NCBI GenBank assembly: GCA_054661495.1
Contig: BAAFSQ010000016.1
Location: forward strand, 1-32,000
Direction: 5' to 3'
Source of the DNA: Zygophlyctis sp. KS116
Lineage: Eukaryota; Fungi; Chytridiomycota
Length of the DNA stretch: 32,000 nucleotides
Shown: positions 1-9,396 of the stretch, one piece after another
Position numbering within the stretch: position 1 is the stretch's first letter
Layout of the letters: every line of letters begins with the position of its first letter
Notes under the pieces: generated by a model
Database searches by the model: none
The model's input: the letters and a program-made list of their open reading frames with translations, nothing else
What the model was told of the DNA's origin: nothing
Position numbers and translations under genes: made by a program

Positions 1-915
1 ATGTTGATTTTGATTGGAGTTGGGTCAATAGTCAAAGACTTTATCTCTTCCTTCTTTAAAGTAGACTCTTGATTCTTCACAATAATCTCGTCCTTCTTCA
101 CAATAATCTCTTCTTTCTTCAAGGTAGTCTTATCCTTCTTTAAAGTAGACTCGTCCTTCTTCACATTATTCTCTTCTTTCTTCACATTATTCTCTTGCTT
201 CTTTAAAGTACACTCGACATTCTTCACATTATTCTCTTCTTTCTTTAAAGTAGACTCGTCCTTCTTTAAGGTAGACTCGACATTCTTTAAATCCTCCTTC
301 TTAGTAGCAGAATCCTCTTCCTTCTTTAAAGTAGACTCGACATTCTTCACATTATTCTCATCCTTCTTTAAAGTAGACTCTTCCTTCTTAGAAGCAGAAT
401 TCACGACATTCTTCAAAGTAGACGCTTCCTGTTTAGGAGTTGAATCTTTCTTATCCTTGATGTCTGTTTCAGTAGAACTGCCGACATTGACAGGTCTAGA
501 CAGCTCAACTAAATTATCTTGTGTCAACTGTTCTGATGACATCTGTATAGAATTCTGAGAAGATGAAATTCTCGCCTGCAAAAGTGGTGAAAGTCTCTGA
601 TACAACTCTTGTTCAGTTGAAGGAAACGGATGAATTAATATATCCATTGCAATTCCATTTATGATGATATAAAGACATGGAGTTGTAAATACAGGATATA
701 TAGTAGAAAACTGAGAATATTCCAGTGAATTTGGAGAAAGAAATATCAAAACATGAGATTGCACCATTGAAATTATTCTTTGACTCTCAAAAAAGTTTAG
801 AGAATGTTTATCATCTAGCAATAAATATATAGTAATTACCTGCAATGTATACTAGTAAGGCTTGTTGAGCGGCCAGTCTAGAGAGAATATCAGACAGAGA
901 TCCCTCTGAAAACAT
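1..915 (-). CDS. UBXN4/Ubx7-like p97 adaptor, 3' end outside window; exons 915-840 and 814-<1; 25-nt intron 815-839
   Basis: Spliced translation MFSEGSLSDILSRLAAQQALLVYIADD...YSQFSTIYPVFTTPCLYIIING resembles the N-terminal thioredoxin-like domain of UBXN4 (FSQIYPVVCVPSSFFI). It is followed by K/E-rich repeats, and the frame stays open to the window edge. The UBX domain is not visible. Confidence 0.7.
44..420 (-). repeat. Coding minisatellite, 21-nt / 7-aa unit (KKEESTL, KKDENNV, KNVESTL variants)
   Basis: Recurring + strand units such as cttctttaaagtagactc and cttcacattattctc, in frame in the UBXN4-like gene. Confidence 0.85.
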
Positions 916-974
916 TTTGTTAAAAAATTGTCGTGGTTGGGGGTTGAACTTGGGACGTTTTATAATTCTAAAAA

Positions 975-2163
975 ATGGTTGCAAGAAACCGAGTCAGTTC
1001 GGGATTCAAGAGATTTATTGATTTCAAGAGGATTCAAGTTAAAGGTGGGAATGGGGGTGATGGTGCAGTGGCATTCTTTAAAACATCTGCAATGGGTCCT
1101 CCTTGTGGTGGAAATGGAGGCAAGGGAGGATCAGTTTACATTCGAGCAACAAGGGAAATTACAGACTTGAGTTCATTAGAGAGAAAGTATCATGCGAGGA
1201 ATGGGACTTCAGGCAGCTCAAATCAGAAACATGGGGCAAACGGAGATGATTTAATCATTAATGTTCCTCTAGGGACAAGAATTAAAAAGATTATTACTCA
1301 AAATCAATTGGCTGATGAAACTGGACTGACTGATTTAGAAATTGTTCAAAAACATTTCAAATTTGCAAATTCTTATGTTCCAAAGGAAGATCGTATTAAA
1401 ATGCTTTTGGAAATAAAATCACTAGGCAAATCTGATGCCAATAATCAAAAAGCTCTGGAATTAGATTTGGTCAAAGATGGGGAGTCTGTGCTACTAGTAA
1501 CTGGTGGGAGTGGTGGTCTTGGAAATCCTCATTTTGTTACTCCCAAAATACCAGGACCTCAGATTGCAGGAAGAGGTGAAATTGGACAATCTACTCAATT
1601 AGAAATTGAATTAAAAGTTATTGCAGATGCTGGATTGGTTGGATTGCCAAATGCAGGAAAATCGTATACTTTTTAAAACTGAATTTTATAGGTCTTTATT
1701 AGCTGCAGTGTCAGAGGCACATCCAAAAATTGCATCTTATGCATTTACTACTATGCATCCATACATTGGAACAATAGATTATCCAGATTTTTTCTCTATA
1801 ACTCTTGCAGACATTCCTGGACTTATTAAAGGGGCTGCTAAAAATATTGGTTTGGGACATCGATTTTTAAGGCATATTGAAAGATCAAAGATTCTTGTTT
1901 ATGTGATTGATTTAAGTTCAATTGATCCTGTCTTGGATTTTAAAACATTACAAAATGAATTGGAAGAATACCGTCCAGGACTCAGTAAAAAATCTACAAT
2001 TATTGTTGGGAATAAGTCGGATCTCCCAGAAGCTATTGAAAATTACCAAAAACTTGTAAAATCAGTTGATTGGCCAGTTGTACCAGTTTCTGCAAAAGAA
2101 AAAAAGAATATTACTGTACTGACTAACATCATGCGAAAGACATTATCTGGCATTTCTGTTTGA
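975..2163 (+). CDS. MTG2: Mitochondrial Obg-family GTPase; 28-nt intron 1664-1691
   Basis: Gly-rich Obg fold (GGNGGDG, GGNGGKGG). G1 GLPNAGKSSLL is restored by splicing; FTT, DIPG and NKSD motifs are present. Confidence 0.92.
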
Positions 2164-2306
2164 TCCCGTATTTCTTGGGCATTGCGTTAGTAATCTGCAT
2201 TAGCATTAAAATGATGGTTTAATAAAAAAAATTCATTCAATTCATCAGTTAATATTTTAATGAAAACAATGAAAGTAGCCTTGGCGTAAATTTGAAATTT
2301 AACAAG

Positions 2307-2796
2307 ATGCCAAACATTCTTCTTTATGCTTGTAAAAACCGCAAGCCAATAATCTTGGGATATGCAGCTGCATGTTCCCAGTTTGTATTTTGGGTATCAC
2401 TGGCAGAGTGGTCGCTGAAAATGGACAATGATAATGAGTAATTTCCTTTTTACCAATATTAGAAAATATATTTACACTGGATTATGCTCAATGACATCGA
2501 TTGCGATCCCTTTGATGATTCAGTTTTATTTATCTAGAAAAGTCAAGTCTGTAACCTTTGTAAAGGACCTCCAAAAAATCTCTATACAATCTCAAGCAAT
2601 CGGAAAACGTCCAGAATTATATCCATCAGCTGTGCTAAGAACAAGAGAAGCTTTACAATTTCAAAATTCTAACAATTTAGATTTGATATTAAGTGCAGAT
2701 CGCCATGGACTAAAGCCCAAAGCTTTTTTGATTGATCGCAATGGGATCTTTCCTGATAAGAAACTTTGGGATAATATTTTCTATAAACAGTTGTAG
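2307..2796 (+). CDS. TMEM223/Mrx15-like two-TM mitochondrial inner-membrane protein; 25-nt intron 2438-2462
   Basis: Spliced MPNILLY...SQFVFWVSLAEW...RKVKSVTF...FLIDRNGIFPDKKLWDNIF matches the TMEM223 pattern (QxxFW, then FLLDxxGxF...FD). Confidence 0.65.
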
Positions 2797-2864
2797 ATCA
2801 TCCCATAGAAATATTTGAAGTGACTCAGTCTAAATTTAGTCGAATAGATTTATTTATCATCTAA

Positions 2865-3417
2865 TCATAAAGCAAACATGACGGAAAGGACCAATGATAC
2901 AGCCGAAATTGCTGAAATTGAGTAACCACCACTTTGAGTACTAGCCATCAGTGAACCTTGGTCAGTGTGCTGTTGAAAGCTTGACTTGGGATCATTTGGT
3001 CGCTGAACACCTGCTCCTATTGCCCAGATAAAATCGTTTCCAAGTGGAACTCTGGATTCATCCAATCTTGTAATAGTGCATTTCAGGTTTGAATTCTGCA
3101 CATTTTTAGCAGTTACTGCAGTATCTAAAGGTGCATCTTTAGCAAGTTGATTGGTAGAAAATCCAGGCAGTGATTGTTGTGGAGCTGATCGGGAAGATAC
3201 CACACATTCCCCTTTTTCATTTTTCCAGAATACAAACATTGTGCTGTTTACCATTGTTTTACCAAGGCCGAAAGAAGCCCAGCTATGGAATTAATATTAT
3301 TTTATCATACCCATTCTTATCAGGAACTTTGGCATCAATTGTAATCAAAGTTTTATCAGAAGCAGTAGTCTTGTAGAGACATAAAGTATTACCAGGGTTG
3401 CATAAAATCAAAGACAT
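2865..3417 (-). CDS. Single DOMON (heme b / CDH-cytochrome-like) domain protein with C-terminal hydrophobic or GPI-like tail; 28-nt intron 3283-3310
   Basis: GWASFGLGKTMVNSTMFVFW (candidate Met ligand), FIWAIG and FQQH (candidate His ligand), ending in SGGYSISAISAVSLVLSVMFAL. Confidence 0.75.
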
Positions 3418-3702
3418 TTCAAATATTTTTAGAAAGAATCTATAAATAGTTGTGCGGCATGGCGGACTAAAACGGCTCGCTCCCCCTGAATCAACAATCT
3501 ATTTTAAGAGCATTCAGGAACTTTTAATAGCCGGTTTAAGTGAATTTTAAGAATGATATACAATGTCCGATTCATGTCGCTTTTACAGAAACTCAACAGA
3601 AATTATTATTGAAAGAGCTAAAGGCTTCCAGAGAATGTTTGACCACTGATTAATTATTAGAGAGATTGACTCGGCAATAAACCGCGAGTGTATTTGTAAA
3701 TT

Positions 3703-4107
3703 ATGAGCGATATAACTCCTCTGACTCCCGTTTCTTGCAGGCCTATGGCTAATTATTGTAACACAACTCCTCGAAGAAGATCCGGTAAAAGAAGGACACA
3801 GTCCGACACTTATAGAAAAGTCGCTCTTACACGCTCTGCTTCTCAAGCTCTTAGAATTCAAAAGCCCATAATTGCCTCTAGATCATATTCCTTCAGAAAT
3901 AAACATCTTCTATTGGAACTATTGGCTGATAGTGCATTATCAGATTCAAATAAGAATAATGAAAAGGAAAATTCCATTCAGAAAATAACTCCAGCCTTGG
4001 AAGATTCACAAACTTCAAGTAAATCTTTGGGCAATGCAAAGATTTCTAAAAGAAAAGTAAAAGCTACTTCTATCAAACTTAATCTATTAAAGTCATCAAA
4101 CGCTTAG
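3703..4107 (+). CDS. Uncharacterised basic, probably disordered nuclear protein; 5' structure uncertain
   Basis: 134-aa ORF fills the gap up to 3 nt from the SHY1 stop. It has TP sites (TPLTP, TPRR), basic NLS-like stretches and an LLELLADSAL helix. Confidence 0.55.
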   Translation: MSDITPLTPVSCRPMANYCNTTPRRRSGKRRTQSDTYRKVALTRSASQALRIQKPIIASRSYSFRNKHLLLELLADSALSDSNKNNEKENSIQKITPALEDSQTSSKSLGNAKISKRKVKATSIKLNLLKSSNA

Positions 4108-4110
4108 GAA

Positions 4111-4892
4111 TTATCTTAGTAGCCGTTTCTTCTTTCCTAATAATCCAATAAATGAAAATACACTTAATCCAAACCATGTTATGGCATATCCTAAATGATT
4201 ATTGACTAAATTAATTTCAGGTTCACGAGGAAAAGGAAAGTATTTCTTATAATGCATAGTATTTATCGGAGAATCAGTCACAAGTTCCACCAATGTTTCA
4301 GAAGAGCCACAAATTTCAGACATTTGTTTTGTGTCTGCAAAAAACCATTGATTTATAGAAGGATCATTCTTAATCTTCATTAGTCCTTGTTGAGATTCAC
4401 CCTGTCTTAGAATCCCATCAATCTCTATTTCTTCATCAATCTAAAATCATTAAATATAGATATTACTCTTCTAAATTCTCTATTACTACTCCATGATCTA
4501 GGAATCCATCCTCTATTTACCAGCAAAAGTCTTCCATCTTGCAGTTTAAAAGGAGAAAATACAAAATAGCCAATCTCACTACCAGAAGACATTAGTCCTC
4601 CTCCATGATTTCCTGCAGACGGAGGAGTTCTTGGTCCGACTAGAAATTCAGAGTCTAGAAAAGATCCTTTGCCACAGACTCTAGTAAATTGAAGATCCGG
4701 ATCAGATCTAACATAAGATTCCTTAACTTACGAATCTGGAATTGGAATTGGAGGTTTTTTAGTTCTCTCAGAAGCCTTTTCAATTAAATCTAATTTCCAT
4801 TTTCTCCTTTCAACTTGCCATCTTTTCTATTAATTTACACAATGTTACATTCCCAATCCAAATGTTGTAATAGGAACACTCCATAACCACAT
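4111..4892 (-). CDS. SHY1: SURF1/Shy1 cytochrome c oxidase assembly factor; introns 4822-4848, 4708-4731, 4441-4466
   Basis: Spliced TFGLGIWQVERRKWK, LLVNRGWIP and NNHLGYAITWFGLS are SURF1 hallmarks. Confidence 0.92.
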
Positions 4893-6093
4893 TTACAACT
4901 TCACCCTAACGCCCTGACAGCCAATTTCTGCCTCAAAGACTGAGAATCCAAGAGATTCTAATTCCATTATTAGAGATTCAACTTGTTTTTTTGAGATTGA
5001 GTCTGGTATTAAAGTTAATGCACAACCTCCTCCACCCGCTCCAGTTAATTTTGTACAAAGTCCTCTTGTTTTTGTATAGTTGACAATTTTATCCAAAATC
5101 TCGTGTCCAACTCCTAAAGAATTGAGAAGAGAATGGTTTATTTCCAAAAGAGACTATAAAGTGACTTGATCTAATTCTTACAGATAACTTTTTCTCCATA
5201 ATTTCACCAGATAATTCTTCTCCAAACAATTTTACAATTAAAGAGGAAATTTCATGAATAGCATCCAAGATTGGATTTATAATATCAGGAAACTATAATA
5301 ATTTCAAGTAAACTTTAAATACCTCTTGTACTCTTTTTCGTACAATTGATACTTGCCTTCCTGTATTTTTCTCTATTTTAGAATCAATTAATAGAAATCT
5401 CATGCTATTAAATCCCTTGATATCATTCATTTCACCTTTAGTAAACACTTTTGCACCACCATACACGACAAGCGTATTATCTATTCCTGAAGGATTTCCA
5501 TGAAGAATAGTTTCTCCAACAAAAGCCCAGGCATTAATGAGTTCCAAGTCCCTTATAGACAAATTTAAAGGATCTTTTATATATCCATAAAAGCATAAAA
5601 GAGATGCTGAAAGTACAACACAACTACTAATTTAAAATATTAAAAATTACAATGAAGCCGATGATCCCAATCCTCCTCCAATTGGCAATTTACTATTAAT
5701 ACTTAATATAAGACCGTCAGGTTTATTCCTAATAGACAGCCAGAGATATAAAACTGTAGAAACTGATTTTGATACTAAATCTGTTGAAAATGACCAATTA
5801 TCCTTTATAATTTGCAATTGAGTCTGATCCACCTGAAAGTTATTATTCACAATAAAAAAGTCTTTAAATTCATCCATTTTCCAGCATGTTTTAAAGTTGA
5901 AATTATCCATGATCAAGGTTAGTGAGTCTGACTTAGTAATAGAAGCAGTAGTTTCTAAACCGAGTGAGCATGCGATTGCCGATTTTCCATATACTACCGC
6001 ATGTTCACCGCATAGTATCACTTTTCCTGGGGCCGAGACTTGGAATCCGTCGGTGCCATGGAAACTCGTGAGCGACTGATCTTGCGTCGTCAT
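4893..6093 (-). CDS. ERG12: Mevalonate kinase; introns 5627-5650, 5293-5322, 5154-5181
   Basis: [36 protein letters not shown] and [10 protein letters not shown] (GHMP kinase motifs). Confidence 0.95.
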
Positions 6094-7567
6094 GCGCGCA
6101 GTTTCGCTAATGAAAACGCTGGTGATTGTTGATCAGGAGACAAAAGAGCAGCTAGAATTACCAGTTGAACAAGACACTGTCAAATCGTCTGGATTCGAGA
6201 GCTGGGGGCTATCTATCTACGACAATGGATATCTAAATACTGCTGTTTGTCGCTCTAAAATCTCGTATATTGACGGTGACAGAGGAATTCTTCGATATCG
6301 TGGGTATGATATTGAAGACTTGGCCGAACATTCAAACTTTTTAGAAGTCTCTTATCTGCTTTTGTATGGAGAGTTGCCCTCTCCAGAACAGCAAGATGTC
6401 TGGACTACGAGGGTCTTGAGGCATACATATAGTATTATTTTATTGATATTTTAATTTATTAGTTCATGAAAATATGGTTAATTATCTCAAAAGTTTTAGA
6501 TATGATGCTCATCCAATGGGAATGTTGATTTCTTCTATTTGTGCAATGTCAACGTTTCATCCAGAGGCAAGTACAGCGTTGCAAGGCCCTGATATCTACC
6601 AGGAAGAGTCAATGGTCAATAAGCAGATATTTAGATGTTTGGGTAAAATACCTACTCTTGCTGCTTGTGCTTATAGGCATCGGATTGGTAGACCGTATAA
6701 TACTCCCTCAAATGATTTGGGATATACAGAAAATTTTTTGTATATGTTGGATAGATTGTCAGAGACTAATTATAAGCCTAATCCAAAATTGACAAGAGCT
6801 TTAGATGTTATTTTCATACTTCATGCAGATCGTAAGTTTATGTTTGATTAAAGAAAATAGATGAATTAAATTGTTCAACTGCAGCAATGCGACAATTAGC
6901 ATCAACTGGAGTCGATCCATTTATTTGTTTAACTGGAGCTGCGGGTGCTCTTTATGGTCCTTCGCATGGTGGTGCAAATGAGGCTGCGCTTAAAATGCTT
7001 GAAGAAATTGGTTCTGTTGAAAATATTCCAGAATTCATTCAAGATGTAAAAGCTAAAAAACGAAGATTGATGGGGTTCGGACATCGTATCTACAAGTCTT
7101 ATGATCCAAGAGCAAAGATTTTAAAAAAGATTGCAGGACAAGTATTTGAAATTATGGGAAGAAATCCAATAATTGATGTTGCTGTTGAATTGGAGCGAAT
7201 AGCCTTGAGTGATGGTAATTTTAAACTTTTTAAATTTGGTAGAATATTTTATTAAACGAAACTTGTACCCAAATGTTGATTTTTACTCTGGAATCATTTA
7301 TAAAGCCATGGGATTCCCGGTAATTCCTAAAGAACTTATTTCTAGACCGACTTTTTCCCAGTTTTATTCTGTTTAGCACGAACTGCAGGCTGGCTTGCTC
7401 ATTGGAAAGAGCAGCTTCACGATCCTTCACCAATCTTTCGCCCTTTTCAGCATAGTTTAGTAACAAAAAAGGATTTTGTACCAATTATTGAACGTCCGAA
7501 TTCAAGTGGTCAGTCTGTACAAGATCTTTTAGAAAAGCAAAGTGCTAGAAAATGTTTAAGAAAATGA
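6092..7567 (+). CDS. Citrate synthase, bacterial/glyoxysomal-type; start at 6092 or 6110; introns 6432-6462, 6832-6860, 7215-7242, 7320-7345
   Basis: [57 protein letters not shown] and [10 protein letters not shown] after splicing. Confidence 0.93.
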
Positions 7568-7611
7568 ATTTACTGCTGTTTAAATAAGAATTTTCTATTT
7601 GTTTACTATAC

Positions 7612-7893
7612 ATGTGGAAATCAACGACTGGAACAACTACTTTAACTCCATCAGCAAAATCCAATGATGATGATTGGGAAACTGATCCCAACTACGTTAA
7701 TGATGTTTCTGAAAAAGACCAACGTTGGGCAGCAGGATCTAAAGAACCTACCAATATCGTCCCAGTAAATTTACATAAACTATCTCAACAAGTCATAAAT
7801 CAGAATGAAATAGACAGTAAAAAGAATTGGGAAATTCTCAATGGAAAAGACATTAAAAACAGTTATGGAGTAGAAAAAAATAAAAAGATTTAA
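7612..7893 (+). CDS. Stand-alone cortactin/HS1 N-terminal acidic (NTA) domain protein, 93 aa
   Basis: MWK...DDDWETDPNYVNDVSEKDQRWA...VNLHKL...SYG, compared with recalled cortactin MWK...[21 protein letters not shown]...INIHKL...GYG. Confidence 0.85.
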   Translation: MWKSTTGTTTLTPSAKSNDDDWETDPNYVNDVSEKDQRWAAGSKEPTNIVPVNLHKLSQQVINQNEIDSKKNWEILNGKDIKNSYGVEKNKKI

Positions 7894-8480
7894 ATTACTT
7901 TTAAATCTGCCATTAAAATCCCAATAATATTTCCTACTTGAGCCCCCAAAACTATAGGAATTGGCCATTTCTAGAATTACCTAAATTATAATAATTACCT
8001 GCCAATCTCTTTGCCAATCTAAAGGATGAACAATTGGTGCTATAATACTACATACCAATGTAGAATAAAACAAAATCTGATACCGTTTACTCTTAATCTC
8101 TAATCTTGTAGAAATCATTGACATCCATCCATCCCTTTTAAATCCAAATTCTAGAGCAGCAGGAAAGAATACCAAGAGACTTAAGTACAAGGAAGCGTAA
8201 ACAGCAGCCTCCATCTTGTCCATTGTTACACCAAATAAAATCATAATGCAAAGTATTCCTATTGACCCAATAACAGATGATATTCCAGCGATTCCCCATC
8301 TCTTAAATTCCTAAAATAAATACATTAAAGTACAAAAATATAAATTAGTCCGTAACTAGAGAGTAAATACAAAATATTCTCTTTTAGAGATTGTAGAGGG
8401 AATTTAAAGAAATTACAAGGGAATATCCAGCAAGACAAGAGAATGCAACAAATTCTCAAGAGCGACTGGTAAACTGACAT
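7890..8480 (-). CDS. GPI11: GPI biosynthesis protein PIG-F/Gpi11; introns 8311-8333 (23 nt) and 7971-7998
   Basis: Hydrophobic protein with ILFG; PLDWQRDWQKWPIP is restored by splicing. Confidence 0.88.
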
Positions 8481-8566
8481 GCCAATTATTGAAAACTTGC
8501 AATAGAAAACCACAATTCTACGCCTTGGCTAGACAAATTGGACTGCACAGGAGAATAGCTAATAGA

Positions 8567-9235
8567 ATGGTTGCTAGTAAAAACTCTGAGTATTCTCATG
8601 TGGACTATTGGAATCAAAGATATCAACAAGAGTAAGTCTAGACTTTAATTTTTAGATCTTTTTTTGAATGGTTCAAGGGATATGATCAATTAGGAGATGT
8701 GCTGATGGAATATGTTCCTAAAGACTCATCAATCCTACATCTAGGCTGTGGAAACTCTCATCTCTCAGTCCAAATGCATAATCAAGGATGGTTAAATCAA
8801 ACAAATCTAGATTATTCTGCTATAGTAATTGAAAATATGGCAAAAGAGTTTAGTCATACTGGTTTAGAATGGATTTGTGCAGATATATTTTGTATGGATT
8901 CTGTACTAACAAGGAAATTTCAAGTTGCTATAGATAAGGGAACTTTGGATGCTCTTTTAACAGTTAAACATGATCCATGGAATCCAAGTCAGGAAATTAG
9001 GCTACATATTAGGAATTATTTAGATCAGATTGTAAAGGCTCTAGTTTTAGATGGGATTTATATTCATATTACTTGGTCACAACCACATTTTAGGAATATT
9101 TTCTTGTGTCATCCATGCTTGGAAGTAAAAGTTGTTAAGCTAGGGAGTGAATCAGACTCTTTTGAGTATTTTATTTATATTTGCAGAAAAATTCAAGATT
9201 GGCCCGATGTTTCATTGACGTCACGCCAAGAATAA
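8567..9235 (+). CDS. EEF1AKMT4/METTL13-like class I SAM methyltransferase; 24-nt intron 8632-8655
   Basis: YWNQRY...FEWF, ILHLGCGNS, IDKGTLDAL and QPHFR motifs. Confidence 0.88.
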
Positions 9236-9396
9236 GTAAAAGATTACATAGACGCCATTTTAAATTGAGAAAAGGTATGATTCTATAGCTATTGATATCG
9301 CGTATTATCAGAAGTATAGCGGAATCTCTTTTAGACTCCGCTGTCAATCCGCGACATAGATTTCGCAGCATTGTCAAATTTCTAACAGTTAGTTTA

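Noticed and set aside
44-420. CRISPR-like array
   Set aside because: There are no unique spacers; the units are degenerate, in frame and protein-coding in a eukaryotic gene.
928-1170. Short overlapping ORFs from the track (also 6541-6792, 9171-9458, 10308-10613, 17497-17779 and similar)
   Set aside because: They overlap well-supported genes in other frames or strands and have no independent features.
4875-4910. An intron removing the ERG12 stop to create a spliced ERG12-SHY1 fusion
   Set aside because: The candidate GT-AG segments are G-rich, unlike the AT-rich introns here, and would delete part of the SURF1 first TM helix.
7971-7998. Internal AG/GT in a PIG-F intron suggesting recursive splicing
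   Set aside because: The pieces would be 18 and 10 nt, below every other intron here; a single 28-nt intron explains it.
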